Notes: generated by a model from the letters alone, not told the origin. Positions 10,501 to 21,316 are shown, numbered from the stretch's first letter. The stretch: 64,000 bases of DNA from an uncultured delta proteobacterium (GCA_963815115.1 CAWFFN010000007.1:160001-224000), one strand, 5' to 3'. Translations and numbers: made by a program.

Positions 10501-11684
10501 AGCTGCTCCCGGGACGAGCGCAGCGCGAACGCCGGCTGCGGATTCGCCTTGCCCTTCAGCCGGAGCGGCTCGAGGGCCTCGAACTCGAACTCGGCGGCGG
10601 TCGCCCGATGGGTGTCGGCGCCCACCCAGACGTCGCCATCGCCGGCGGCATCGCACAGCCGGGCCGCCAGGTTGACGGCATCGCCCATCACGGTGAAGCC
10701 GCGCTTCGTGCGCCCGCCGACTTCACCTGCGATGACCAGTCCCGTGTTGATGCCGATCTGCAGCGTGAGCGGGACGAGCAGGGCGGCGCGGACCTCGGGT
10801 TCCTCCAGGAAGGCGGCGAGGCGTCGCCGGAGATCGATGGCCGCGTTCAGCGCCTGGCGCGGGGCGTGCTCGATGGCGTTGGGCACGCCGAACAGTGCCA
10901 TCATGCACTCGCCCACATACTTGTCGACGACCCCGCCGTACGCCTGCACGGCCGCCTCCAGCTCGCCGAAGCAGCGGTCGAGCAGGGCCTTCAGGCGCTC
11001 GGCCGGCAGCGTGCCGTAGAGCGCGGCGAAGCCGCCGACGTTGGCGAACAGCATCGTCGCCTGGCGGCGCTCGCTGGGACGGACGGCGGGCCGGGGGGGT
11101 CGGGCCTCGCCCTCGAGCGCGCGAGCGACGACGGGCTCCCCGCCGGCCCCGACCACCCGGGTCGCCTCCGAGCGGTACGGGAACGCGTCGTCGGTCTCGG
11201 CAGCGGTGCGGGGACAGACGAGGATGCCGCCGGTCTCGCACGTCGCCGCAAGCCGCTCGGCCAGGCGCACCGTCTCGCCCATCACGCCCGCGCTGCGCCC
11301 CGGCACGTCGCCGATGCCGCCGATGATGACCGGGCCGGTGGCCATGCCGACATGCAGGTCGAGCGCCGTCGGCTGCCCATCCAGATCGCCGATCTCGCGG
11401 ACGGCCGCGCGCATCGCGAGCGCTGCGGTCACGCCACGCCGCGTGCCCTCGGTCCCCGTCTCACCGAGTCCGAAGACGGCCAGAACACAGTCGCCGACGT
11501 ACTGCTCGACCGTGCCGCCATACGCCGTGACCACGTCCTCGAGCGCCGCGAGGCAGCGGTTGATGAGCTCGGTGACTGCTTCGGGGTCGAGGGTCTCGGC
11601 GAGTGCGGTGAAGCCGGAGACGTCCGCCACGACCACGGTCGCGTCGTGCCGCGAGTGCGCGCTCGAGCCTCGATCCGACACCAT
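7590..11684 (-). CDS. tandem class III nucleotide cyclase domains + STAND/AAA ATPase + TPR-like helical region (sAC-like architecture)
   Basis: CHD1 ADVSGF...VGDC; CHD2 FANVGGF...DKYVGE...GDAVNLAARL; Walker A GEAGLGKS; Walker B VFEDLHWAD; AEGNPFYIEE. Confidence 0.9.
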   Translation of the reverse strand: MVSDRGSSAHSRHDATVVVADVSGFTALAETLDPEAVTELINRCLAALEDVVTAYGGTVEQYVGDCVLAVFGLGETGTEGTRRGVTAALAMRAAVREIGDLDGQPTALDLHVGMATGPVIIGGIGDVPGRSAGVMGETVRLAERLAATCETGGILVCPRTAAETDDAFPYRSEATRVVGAGGEPVVARALEGEARPPRPAVRPSERRQATMLFANVGGFAALYGTLPAERLKALLDRCFGELEAAVQAYGGVVDKYVGECMMALFGVPNAIEHAPRQALNAAIDLRRRLAAFLEEPEVRAALLVPLTLQIGINTGLVIAGEVGGRTKRGFTVMGDAVNLAARLCDAAGDGDVWVGADTHRATAAEFEFEALEPLRLKGKANPQPAFALRSSREQLHRTPRTSAAATWSIASAVIGREAELATLADCVRRLADGSGGIVGIVGEAGLGKSRLLAELLRLEPARHVTVLEGRAFSVGHGLSFHPFVDLLQRWAGIVDDDEAAAEMKLLAALAGIMPEAERDEVFPFVAMMMGMRPTGEHAAPVRGGEGEAMVELILKHVRHVLRRLTDVRPTVLVFEDLHWADQSSIELLEALLRLAGRYPLLFVVLARPEAPETSDRILATARTEHAALYTEIRLGHLTAPQCYALIQNLLGTPDLPYATRELIVGRAEGNPFYIEEVIRSLIEDGAVTYEDGQVRLTDRLQAAVIPGTVQEVVMSRVDRLDEPTRRVLQVAAAIGRSFQHQLIADILGDEQNLDGILDDLIRRQLIRARRTRRTGAVRRRLLFPERGYVFTHALVQETIYEAILQKTRQALHRRVARAIESIYADRLSDFYGMLAYHYSRAEELEKAEQYLFQAGEEATRSAASNEALTFFRDASRLYLQLHRDGGDPRKKAVLEQSIGLALLNKGDLTEAIEHFDAALSLLGEHVPRSRLGGYVRFAVDLLGVLGQLYVRTGRRREVTDWPRERQISDIYFNRGRAEITSDPTRLLIDLVGAFRRFNRLDMRQIDQASAMYASFATMFCYSGLSFAVSRRALAIAKGLIRPGNVRDVFTCASMSFIHQYLLGDWGDGSVIDEGLVEEALRCGQLWDVNTYLGLYCDRRLRQGDFAGARALLGQLDDMNDSYGYAFAGANHDGMTSLLLLEERRLAEASAAAEDYTAMRHEDALRVLGLGTYAKAQLLLGRRGAAERSLAAAERITSRTIEVPPWHLSAYAAARLRHQVALLEEAVAGGGSTALLGWHARGSIRYALRIAAKVSIQRTEIHQLAGRIWWLLGRPARALRAWERALTVGAQMGARPEVARTWAVAGGSLADGGTRLLGLNGAACLARSLEMFGALGLEREAEHTRQRTFHATPEPETLRASGTPW

Positions 11685-11748
11685 GAGGAACGCTATGAGA
11701 ACGCCCCGGCCGCTGCCCCGGGGCCGGGTCCAACGAGCCAGCGCGCTG

Positions 11749-12450
11749 CTAGTTCGCCACGAAGCCGCCCTTCACCTTGAGTCGCAGGACGGTGGCGAGC
11801 CCGTCGGCGCCCCGATCGGTCAGACTCACCGAGCTCACCTTGGTCACGACGGGAGTGCCGGTAGCGCCGAAGATCGCGCGCAGGGCGTCGGCAAGCTCGG
11901 GGTCCTGGGGCCGGAAGAGCAGGTCGTTGACGATCGGCTCTTTCCCGTCAAGACGGATGTCGGTGTCGGTCTCGCTCACCAGACGCTGCTCGTCGATGGC
12001 CACCCCGAAGGTGTCTCTTGGCGCGGAGGTGATGGTGCTCAGGTCCGTACCGCTCAGGTCCTGATAGGTCTGCGACAGGACGCCTCTCTTGCCGAGGTCG
12101 ATGATCACCGTGAGCGCGACGGCGTTCTGGATCGTCTGCGAGCCGTCGAGGGCGCTCACGTTGTTGTCCGCGATCATCGTCATGACGGCGGAGAAGGTCG
12201 CGCCCTTCTCGAAGACCATGGTGCACTTGGCGCCGAGGCAGAAGTCGTTCTCCGCGGGCCGCGAGACGCTGCAGGTGAGGGTGTCGGTGACGGAGCCGAA
12301 GTCGGGGACGCACGCCAGCCCGGCGTTGGTCCCCTTGTCACAGACGTGCGGCAGTTTGGGCTCGCGGGCCGTGCAGTCGACGGCGGCGCGAGCAAGGCCG
12401 GGAAGCGTGGCGAGCAGGGCGAGCGCGAGAAGCGAACGCGACGATGTCAT
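11749..12450 (-). CDS. secreted hypothetical protein with N-terminal Cys-rich region
   Basis: Sec-type signal peptide (LLALALLATLPGLARA); six Cys in the first 80 aa; ATG overlaps the lnt stop. Confidence 0.75.
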   Translation of the reverse strand: MTSSRSLLALALLATLPGLARAAVDCTAREPKLPHVCDKGTNAGLACVPDFGSVTDTLTCSVSRPAENDFCLGAKCTMVFEKGATFSAVMTMIADNNVSALDGSQTIQNAVALTVIIDLGKRGVLSQTYQDLSGTDLSTITSAPRDTFGVAIDEQRLVSETDTDIRLDGKEPIVNDLLFRPQDPELADALRAIFGATGTPVVTKVSSVSLTDRGADGLATVLRLKVKGGFVAN

Positions 12451-13910
12451 AGAGTTCCTCCGCTTCGAGACTTGCGTATCTGTACCCAGATTGGTGCGGC
12501 AACCACAAGGCCGAGGGTACACCAGGCCGTGAGGTCACCCCAGCGTTGGTAGGGGGTTGTGGCATGCGACGGGGAGACCTCCCCCTCGAGGAGGGCCGGG
12601 GTCCCGACGCCGGTGGCCGCCACCACCCGGCCGGCCGGGTCGACGATGGCCGAGATGCCGGTGGTGGTGGCTCGGAGCAGCCAGCGGCGCTCCTCGACGG
12701 CGCGCAGCCGTGCCATGTCGAGGTGTGCCTGTGCCGGGGCGTGTGCCCCGAACCAGGCATCGTTCGAGAGGTTCGCGAGCAGCGTCGCGCCGCCAACGAC
12801 GATGCGCCGGACAAGCTCCGGATACATCGCCTCGAAACAGATGAAGGGACCGACGAGGCCCACCTCCGTGCGCAGCGCATAGGGGTGGAGGCCGGGCTCG
12901 AACGTCCCCTCGGCGAACGGGACCAGGTGCATCTTGTCGTACCGTCCGGCCACCGTGCCGCGGTGGAGGAGGTAGACGGAGTTCCGGTAGCGGATCCCGC
13001 GCTCGCCGTGACGATACGAGGGTGCCCCGACGACGACGTCGGCGTCGAGATCGCGGAGCGCCGAGAGGAGCGCGTCCCGCGCAGGCGAGGGTTCTTCGAG
13101 ATAGAAGTCGACGGCGTTCTCCGGCCACACCACCAGCCGGCTACCCCGTGCCACCGCGCGCCGCGTGGCGTCGAGCTGGAACGCCACGGCGCGCGCACGG
13201 CCTGTCTCGGTACGGCGCTCGGCCGCCGGCACCGCCGGCTGCACGAGGGCGACGCGGACGGCCTTGCCCTCGTCGCGCCGCTCCCCGAGGCGGTAGGCGC
13301 CGTAGCCGAGCGCCGCCGCTGCGAGCAGCACGACGGCAGCTGCCGACCAGCGGAAGTGCGGGCCGCGCAGCGCGGGTGCCACGAGCGCGGCAAGGAGGGC
13401 GTTCACGCCCGCCAGGACCATCCCCGGGCCGTAGGGTCCGGTGGCGTCGGCGAGCTGCACCACTGGCAGCCAGGACAGCTGCGAGTAGGCGATGAGCCCC
13501 CACGGATTGCCGACCCAGACCCGGGCGCGCACGAACTCGCAAGCACCCCATGCCGCGGCGACGAGAAGCGGCGACGCGGCCCCGCGCCGGGCCATCCAGC
13601 TCGTCCAGACTGCGAACGGCACCAGCTGGAGACCGACGGAAGCGGTGCAGAAGACGAGCCAGGCGAGCACGCCGGCGAGCGCCGCGGTGCCGAAGTAGGC
13701 GCTCACCATGGACGGGAACCACCAGGTGACGCCCAGCGCCCCGGCCGGTGCCAGGAGGAGCGCGAGTCCCGCAGCACGGCGCGGAGGGACGCGTGCGAGC
13801 GCCACCATGAAGGGTGCGAGTGCCGCCCAGGCGAGCGGCGTGGCGCCGACGGGTGGAAACGACAGCCCGAAGAGGACGGCCGTCGCGAGCGTCAGGAGAA
13901 CCGGCGTCAC
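12447..13910 (-). CDS. lnt: apolipoprotein N-acyltransferase
   Basis: multi-TM N-terminus; nitrilase triad motifs VWPEN, YDKMHLVPF, ICFEA; NLSNDAWFG; start uncertain (GTG 13910 or 13928). Confidence 0.85.
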   Translation of the reverse strand: MTPVLLTLATAVLFGLSFPPVGATPLAWAALAPFMVALARVPPRRAAGLALLLAPAGALGVTWWFPSMVSAYFGTAALAGVLAWLVFCTASVGLQLVPFAVWTSWMARRGAASPLLVAAAWGACEFVRARVWVGNPWGLIAYSQLSWLPVVQLADATGPYGPGMVLAGVNALLAALVAPALRGPHFRWSAAAVVLLAAAALGYGAYRLGERRDEGKAVRVALVQPAVPAAERRTETGRARAVAFQLDATRRAVARGSRLVVWPENAVDFYLEEPSPARDALLSALRDLDADVVVGAPSYRHGERGIRYRNSVYLLHRGTVAGRYDKMHLVPFAEGTFEPGLHPYALRTEVGLVGPFICFEAMYPELVRRIVVGGATLLANLSNDAWFGAHAPAQAHLDMARLRAVEERRWLLRATTTGISAIVDPAGRVVAATGVGTPALLEGEVSPSHATTPYQRWGDLTAWCTLGLVVAAPIWVQIRKSRSGGTL

Positions 13911-14253
13911 GTCGCGCCGCGGCGACACATAGCCTACTGACGGGAGCCCTGCCACTGGAGCGCGAAGCCGTGTCCCGGTGCCGGAAGGCTGATCTCGTGG
14001 GTCGAATCTGTTCGTCGTGCTGCGTTCACGGTCGTCGTCCTCTTCTGTTCGCCATTCTCGGGTGTGGAGCGGGCACGCTGTTTCAATCACATGGTGCTAC
14101 CTTTCGAGTGGCGGCCTGCTACCTCGGTTTCCGACCGGACGGCCGTCGTGTCGTGGCCGGCCGCAAGCGCGCGAATCTTCAGAGGATCGCGATCGTTCTC
14201 CGCAGTGGATGATTGGCAACGCCGGCAGGTTCGGGCTATGAGCCGACCGTCTC

Positions 14254-15045
14254 ATGGCAGATGCGGCGGCCGATCTCATCGCAGTCCAGCGCACCGGCGG
14301 CGTCGCAACGCTGCGGCTCCAGCGGCCGAAGGCGCTCAACGCTCTCGGCCCGGAGATGCTGGCCGCGCTGGATCGAGCGCTCGACGAGGTCGAGTCGGAC
14401 GAGGGAGTTCGCAGCGTGGTGATCACCGGCTCGGGAGAGCGCGCCTTCTCGGCCGGGGCCGACATCACGGCCATGGCCGCGATGGCCCCGGTCGAGGGCC
14501 ATGCCTACTCGCGGCTCGGCCACGCGGTGCTGGGCCGCCTGGACGACCTGCGCGTCCCGGCGGTGGCCGCGGTCAACGGGGTGGCGCTCGGCGGCGGGCT
14601 CGAGCTCGCGCTGGCGTGCGACCTCATCGTTGCCGCGGAGCGCGCCAGGCTGGGCCTGCCGGAGATCACCCTCGGGCTCATCCCGGGATTCGGCGGCACG
14701 CAAAGGCTGGTCCGCCGCTGCGGGTTGGCGCGGGGTCGCGAGCTGGTGTACCTCGGGACGATGGTAGGTGCCGCGGAGGGTCTGCGCCTCGGGCTCGTCG
14801 ACCGCGTGGTGCCCGACGATCGCCTGGCGGACGAGGCCGCGGCGCTCGCGGCCGAGCTGGCGACGCGGGCGCCGGTCGCGCTCCGGCAGGCCAAGCGCGC
14901 GACGCGCGCGGCGGTGGAGACCGACCTGGCGGCGGGCCTGCGTTTCGAGGTCGAGGCCTTCGCGACCGTGTTCGCCACCGAGGATCGCGCCGAGGGACTG
15001 CGCGCCTTCCTCGACAAGCGGCCACCCCGGTGGACGGGCCGCTAG
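14254..15045 (+). CDS. enoyl-CoA hydratase (crotonase)
   Basis: AFSAGADI, AVNGVALGGGLELALACD, PEITLGLIPGFGGTQRL. Confidence 0.92.
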   Translation: MADAAADLIAVQRTGGVATLRLQRPKALNALGPEMLAALDRALDEVESDEGVRSVVITGSGERAFSAGADITAMAAMAPVEGHAYSRLGHAVLGRLDDLRVPAVAAVNGVALGGGLELALACDLIVAAERARLGLPEITLGLIPGFGGTQRLVRRCGLARGRELVYLGTMVGAAEGLRLGLVDRVVPDDRLADEAAALAAELATRAPVALRQAKRATRAAVETDLAAGLRFEVEAFATVFATEDRAEGLRAFLDKRPPRWTGR

Positions 15046-15060
15046 GTCGGGGGACGTGAC

Positions 15061-16692
<1,632 letters not shown>

Positions 16693-16699
16693 GACCGCC

Positions 16700-17098
16700 G
16701 TGCGCCCGCTGCGGATCCTCGTCGCCAAGCCCGGCCTCGACGGCCACGATCGCGGCGCGAAGATCATCGCCCGCGCGCTGCGCGACGCCGGCTTCGAGGT
16801 GATCTACACCGGCTTGCACCAGACGCCGGAGATGATCGCGGAGGCGGCGATCCAGGAAGACGTCGACGCCGTCGGCCTGTCGATCCTGTCCGGCGCCCAC
16901 CTGACGCTCTTCCCGGCAGTGCTCGACGAGCTGCGCGGGCGCGGCGGCGGCGACATCCCGGTGTTCGGCGGCGGCATCATCCCCGACGAGGACCGGCAGG
17001 CCCTGCGGGCGGCAGGCGTGGCGGAGCTGTTCGGGCCTGGCACCTCGACGCAGGACATCGTCGACTGGGTGCACGGGGCGCTGCACCCGCGCGCCTGA
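16700..17098 (+). CDS. icmB: cobalamin-binding small subunit of acyl-CoA mutase
   Basis: [12 protein letters not shown] (DxHxxG), [16 protein letters not shown]. Confidence 0.85.
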   Translation: MRPLRILVAKPGLDGHDRGAKIIARALRDAGFEVIYTGLHQTPEMIAEAAIQEDVDAVGLSILSGAHLTLFPAVLDELRGRGGGDIPVFGGGIIPDEDRQALRAAGVAELFGPGTSTQDIVDWVHGALHPRA

Positions 17099-17103
17099 GC
17101 CCA

Positions 17104-17763
17104 TCAGCGCGCGCGCCGCACGCCGCGCCGCGCGCACGACCGGCGCACCGGACAGCGGGAGCAGTGCGGCGACGTCGGACGGCAGAGGTTCTGACCGAAC
17201 GACACCAGCAGGTCGTTGAGGCCGATCCAGTATCGCTGCGGCAGGCGGCGGCGGAGCGCGTGCTCGGTCTCCTCGGGCGTCCGGGTGCGCACGAAGCCGA
17301 GGCGGTTGGTGATGCGGTGGACGTGCGTGTCGACGCAGATGCCGGGGAGCCCGAAGGCGAAGGTCACCACCAGGTTTGCGGTCTTGCGGCCGACGCCGTG
17401 CAGGGTGAGCAGGTCGTCGAGGTCCGACGGGACCCGCCCGCCGAAGCGCGCGAGCAGGTCGCGGCAGACCCGATGCAGCACGCGGGCCTTGGTGCGGTAG
17501 AAGCCGACCGGGTAGATCGCGCGCTCGATCGTCCGGAGCGGCAGGGCGAGCAGGCGCTCCGGGGTGTCGGCCAGCGCGAATAGCCGGGCGGACGCGGGTC
17601 CCGTGGTCTCGTCCTTGGTCCGCAGCGAGAGCAGGCAGCCGACGAGGACGCGGAAGGGATCGCGTCCGCTCTCGCGCGCCACCGCCGCCAGGGCCGTGGT
17701 GTCCCACGACGGCGCGGCGCGCCCGAGACGGGCGACGACGCGGCCCATGGTCCGCGCATCCAT
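17104..17763 (-). CDS. nth: endonuclease III
   Basis: HhH LHGVGRKTANLV, VDTHVHR, C-terminal 4Fe-4S CRPTSPHCSRCPVRRSC. Confidence 0.93.
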   Translation of the reverse strand: MDARTMGRVVARLGRAAPSWDTTALAAVARESGRDPFRVLVGCLLSLRTKDETTGPASARLFALADTPERLLALPLRTIERAIYPVGFYRTKARVLHRVCRDLLARFGGRVPSDLDDLLTLHGVGRKTANLVVTFAFGLPGICVDTHVHRITNRLGFVRTRTPEETEHALRRRLPQRYWIGLNDLLVSFGQNLCRPTSPHCSRCPVRRSCARRGVRRAR

Positions 17764-17780
17764 CAGGCGAGCCACGCGCG

Positions 17781-18825
17781 TCAGGAGGCGGCCGGTAAGG
17801 CGGGGGCCGGCTGCGCGGGCGGTCGGTGGATCCCCTGCCAGAAGTCCTCGTCGGTCGACGTGGCCTCGCTCAGCGTGAGCGGCGGCCGCCCGAGGAACGG
17901 CTCGACCCGCACGGGACAGCCCTCGACGTCGCAGATGGCGCACAGCGCGCGCCGGCAAGGATCGGTGTGGACGATGATCTCGCCCTCGACGGTGCACGCC
18001 GCCAGGACCTGGTCGGCGAACGCATCGGTGGCCTCGTGGGCCTGCTCCACCGTCCAGTACTCGGGGACGATGAGGTGCGCGTCGACGTGGGTGAAGCGGC
18101 CGGCGCGCTGGGCGCGCAGGCGGTGCAGCCGGATGATCCCCGGATGCAGGCTCCGATCGAACGCCCGTACGAGCCGATCGAGGAGGGCGCTGTCCTCCTC
18201 GTCGAGCAGACCGCCGGCCGCCTGACGGACCAGGCGTGCGCCGGTGACGGCGAGGTTCACCCCCACGGCGGCGGCGGCGAGCGGGTCGAGCCACGCGATG
18301 CCCGTGAGGCGGACGAGGAGCAGGCCGACGAAGACGCCGAGGCTGGTCCAGAAGTCCGACAGCACGTGCTTGCCGTCGGCCATCAGCGTGATCGAGCGCA
18401 CCCGCTCGCCGGTCCGCACGAGGTACCAGCCGAGCGCGGCGTTCACGACGCCGGCCGCGACCGTGAGCGCGATGCCGAGATCGACGTCGCGCACGACGTG
18501 TCCCGCCCGCAGGCTCTGGAATGCCTGCCAGAGGATCAGCACCGCCGCGAAGGCGATCAGGCCGCCCTCGAAGACCGCGCTGAAGTACTCGATCTTGCCG
18601 TGCCCGTAGGGATGTCCGCGATCGGCGGGGCGCCCTGCGAACACGATGACGCCGAGCGCGAACATGGCGGCGACCACGTTGGTGATCGACTCGAGCGCGT
18701 CGGACAGCACGGCCGACGAGCCGGTCAGGCGGTAGGCGAAGTACTTGACGGCGAGCAGCGCGATGGCGACGACGAGAGAGGAGGCCGGCGCGTAGCCGGA
18801 TCGACTCGTCGGACGGCGCGCGCAC
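17781..18825 (-). CDS. cation diffusion facilitator transporter, frameshifted near the 5' end
   Basis: SDALES, HPYGHGKIEY, ADGKHVLSD, HTDP motifs; the N-terminal IRLRAGLLS lies in another frame across a CT repeat at about 18774-18780. Confidence 0.85.
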
Positions 18826-18927
18826 AGCGGTGGGCTCCGCCTGCACGGGATCCCGAGTAGCAGACGTCCGCCGCCCGGCCAAGTGCGATCGTTGACCCAC
18901 CCGGAAGCGCGTGGGATGTGCGCGGGC

Positions 18928-19347
18928 ATGGAGATCAACGGCCTGGCGCACGTCGTCGTCACGGTGAGCGACTTCGCGGCGGCGCGCGCCTTCTACGGTG
19001 AGCTGCTGCCGTTCCTCGGGTTGCAGCCCGTGCTCGACATCGACGAGTTCTTCTACTGCGTCGGCGGCCGGACCGCGTTCGGCATCGCGCCGGCCGAGGC
19101 GGCATACGCCGGCGAGCGCTTCCAGCAGCGACGCGTGGGCCTGCACCACGTCTGCTTCCGGGCGCGGGAGCGGGCCGACGTCGACGCCGTGCACGCGCTG
19201 GCGTGCCGGCTCGGGGCCACCATCGTCCATCCGCCCGAGGAGGGGGCGTGGGCTCCCGGCTACTACTCCGTCCTCTTCGAGGATCCCGACGGCATCCGGC
19301 TCGAGGTGAACCACGTGCCGGGCAAAGGACTGCTCGCGCCGAGCTGA
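18928..19347 (+). CDS. VOC/glyoxalase family protein
   Basis: GLAHVVVTVSD, GLHHVCFR, YYSVLFEDPDGIRLEV. Confidence 0.9.
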   Translation: MEINGLAHVVVTVSDFAAARAFYGELLPFLGLQPVLDIDEFFYCVGGRTAFGIAPAEAAYAGERFQQRRVGLHHVCFRARERADVDAVHALACRLGATIVHPPEEGAWAPGYYSVLFEDPDGIRLEVNHVPGKGLLAPS

Positions 19348-19388
19348 GCGGTGGAAGCCGTCGCCGTCCTGCGCTACAGAGCGCGGAC

Positions 19389-20570
19389 GTGGAGCGGCGG
19401 TCGGCGATCATCGTCGGGTCGGGGCCGGCGGGAGCCGCGACGGCGCTGCGGCTCGCCGGGCGCGAGCCCGCACTGGCCGCGGACGCGGTGCTCCTCGAGA
19501 AGACGCGCCATCCGCGCGACAAGACCTGTGCGGGCGGCGTGATCCCCAAGGCGAGCGCGCTGCTCCGGACGCTCGGCGTGCCGCTCGACGTGCCGCAGGC
19601 GCGGGTCGACAGCGCGGCGGTTGCGGTCCCAGGCGCGGCCCCGCTGTCCATCGCCGGCGACGACATGTGCCGGGTGGTCCGCCGGCGCGAGTTCGACGCC
19701 CGTCTCGCGTGGGCGGCCCGCGATCGGGGGGTCGAGCTGCGCGAGGACTGCCGGGTGACCGCCATCGTGCGGGACGGCGCCGGCGTGCGGGTGGAGACGG
19801 AGGCCGGCGCCCTGTGGGCGCCGGTGGTGGTGGGAGCCGACGGCAGCGGCAGCCTCGTGCGCCGGTCGCTGGTGACGGCCGGGGCCGGGGTGCTCGGAAG
19901 AGCGGTCATGTGCGACGTGCCGGTCGCCGGGAGCGCCTGGGACGGACACGCCGCACGGCGCTACGACTTCGACTTCCGCGCCTGCCTGGGCGGCCTGCGC
20001 GGCTACGCGTGGGCGTTCCCGTGCTGGATCGACGGCGTCCCGCACGTCAACGTGGGCGTGTACGCGCTGCCGCCGACATCGGGTGCGGCGCTCCAGGCCG
20101 AGCTGGACGCGGCCCTGCGGCAGGTCGGGGCGCGTCCGGTCACGTGGCGGGCGTTTCCCATCCGGGGCTTCACGCCGGGCGCGCCGGTCGCGGCGCCTGG
20201 CGCGCTCCTGGTCGGGGACGCGGCGGGCGTCGATCCCCTCCTCGGCGAGGGCATCTCGTACGCGCTCGAGTACGGGATGCTCGCCGCGGACGCGATCGTG
20301 GCGTCACCCGGCGACCCCGCCGCCGCGGCGGCCGCCTACACGCGCGTCGTCCAGGGCGGCGCACTGGGACGGAAGCTCCGCCGGCTCGAGTGGGCGGCCC
20401 GGCGGTTCTACGGGCCTCGGTCCGCGTTCTGGTTCGGGCTCGCACGGCTGAGCCGGCGGGCGCAACGGATCGGGCTCGCCTGGTACAACGGCGTCGACGG
20501 CTGGGACGAGCGCAGCGGGCTGGCGGCGCTGTGGGCGCTCGTACGACCACGGGCATGGCAGAGCGCCTGA
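19389..20570 (+). CDS. geranylgeranyl reductase-like FAD-dependent oxidoreductase
   Basis: IVGSGPAG, PRDKTCAGG, VGADG, LVGDAAG..GEGI. Confidence 0.85.
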   Translation: MERRSAIIVGSGPAGAATALRLAGREPALAADAVLLEKTRHPRDKTCAGGVIPKASALLRTLGVPLDVPQARVDSAAVAVPGAAPLSIAGDDMCRVVRRREFDARLAWAARDRGVELREDCRVTAIVRDGAGVRVETEAGALWAPVVVGADGSGSLVRRSLVTAGAGVLGRAVMCDVPVAGSAWDGHAARRYDFDFRACLGGLRGYAWAFPCWIDGVPHVNVGVYALPPTSGAALQAELDAALRQVGARPVTWRAFPIRGFTPGAPVAAPGALLVGDAAGVDPLLGEGISYALEYGMLAADAIVASPGDPAAAAAAYTRVVQGGALGRKLRRLEWAARRFYGPRSAFWFGLARLSRRAQRIGLAWYNGVDGWDERSGLAALWALVRPRAWQSA

Positions 20571-21250
20571 AAGTCGGCCCCCGGCGCACGGTGGCGACCG
20601 CGGGGCCGCATCTCGAGCGGCTCCTCTGGCGCGTCGGCATCCGGCACGTCGCCGGAGTCGACGAGGTCGGCATGGGACCGCTCGCCGGCCCGGTGGTCGC
20701 GGCCGCCGTCGTGTTGCCCGGAGAGACGCACATCCCCGGGGTGGCCGATTCGAAGGTGCTGCCCGCCGCCGTGCGCGAGAAGCTGTGCGCCGAGGTGCGT
20801 CGGCGCGCCCTCGCGGTCGGCGTCGCCGTGGTCGAGCCGGCCGACATCGATCGCCTGAACATCTATCAGGCCGGACTGCTCGCGCTCCGGCTCGCCGTCG
20901 AGCAGCTTCGTCCCCTGGTCCCAGGCTTCGTCCTGGTCGACGGACGCGAGATTCCAGAGCTCGGTATCCCGCAGAGCGCCTATCCCAAGGGTGACGCGTT
21001 CGTGGCCAGCATCGCCGCCGCCTCGATCGTCGCCAAGACCCATCGCGACGCGCTCATGCGCATCCTCGACGAGAGCTATCCCGCGTACGGCTTCGGGCGC
21101 CACATGGGCTACGCGACGCGCGCACATCTGGCGGCGCTGCGGGCGCACGGTCCGTCACCCGTCCACCGACGGTCGTTTGCGCCGGTGCTCGCAGCGATGC
21201 CCGCCGAGCCGACGCGGCAGCTCGGCCTGCTCGACGTCGCCGGCCGCTGA
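20555..21250 (+). CDS. rnhB: ribonuclease HII
   Basis: AGVDEVG, DSK, LVDG, KGD, SIAAASIVAK, HRRSF. Confidence 0.93.
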   Translation: MAERLKVGPRRTVATAGPHLERLLWRVGIRHVAGVDEVGMGPLAGPVVAAAVVLPGETHIPGVADSKVLPAAVREKLCAEVRRRALAVGVAVVEPADIDRLNIYQAGLLALRLAVEQLRPLVPGFVLVDGREIPELGIPQSAYPKGDAFVASIAAASIVAKTHRDALMRILDESYPAYGFGRHMGYATRAHLAALRAHGPSPVHRRSFAPVLAAMPAEPTRQLGLLDVAGR

Positions 21251-21298
21251 TCGCGCGGCACGGCGCAGCGCGCGGCTTTTCCCGGGCGGAGATTCCCC

Positions 21299-21304
21299 TA
21301 TAAT
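21299..21304 (+). promoter_or_regulatory. -10 element (TATAAT) of the pdh operon promoter
   Basis: perfect TATAAT in an AT patch 12 nt before ATG 21317. Confidence 0.55.
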
Positions 21305-21316
21305 TCGGTGGTCATC

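Noticed and set aside
7392-11780. 1462-aa plus-strand ORF antisense to the cyclase
   Set aside because: Shadow ORF from high-GC3 codon bias on the opposite strand; no recognisable motifs.
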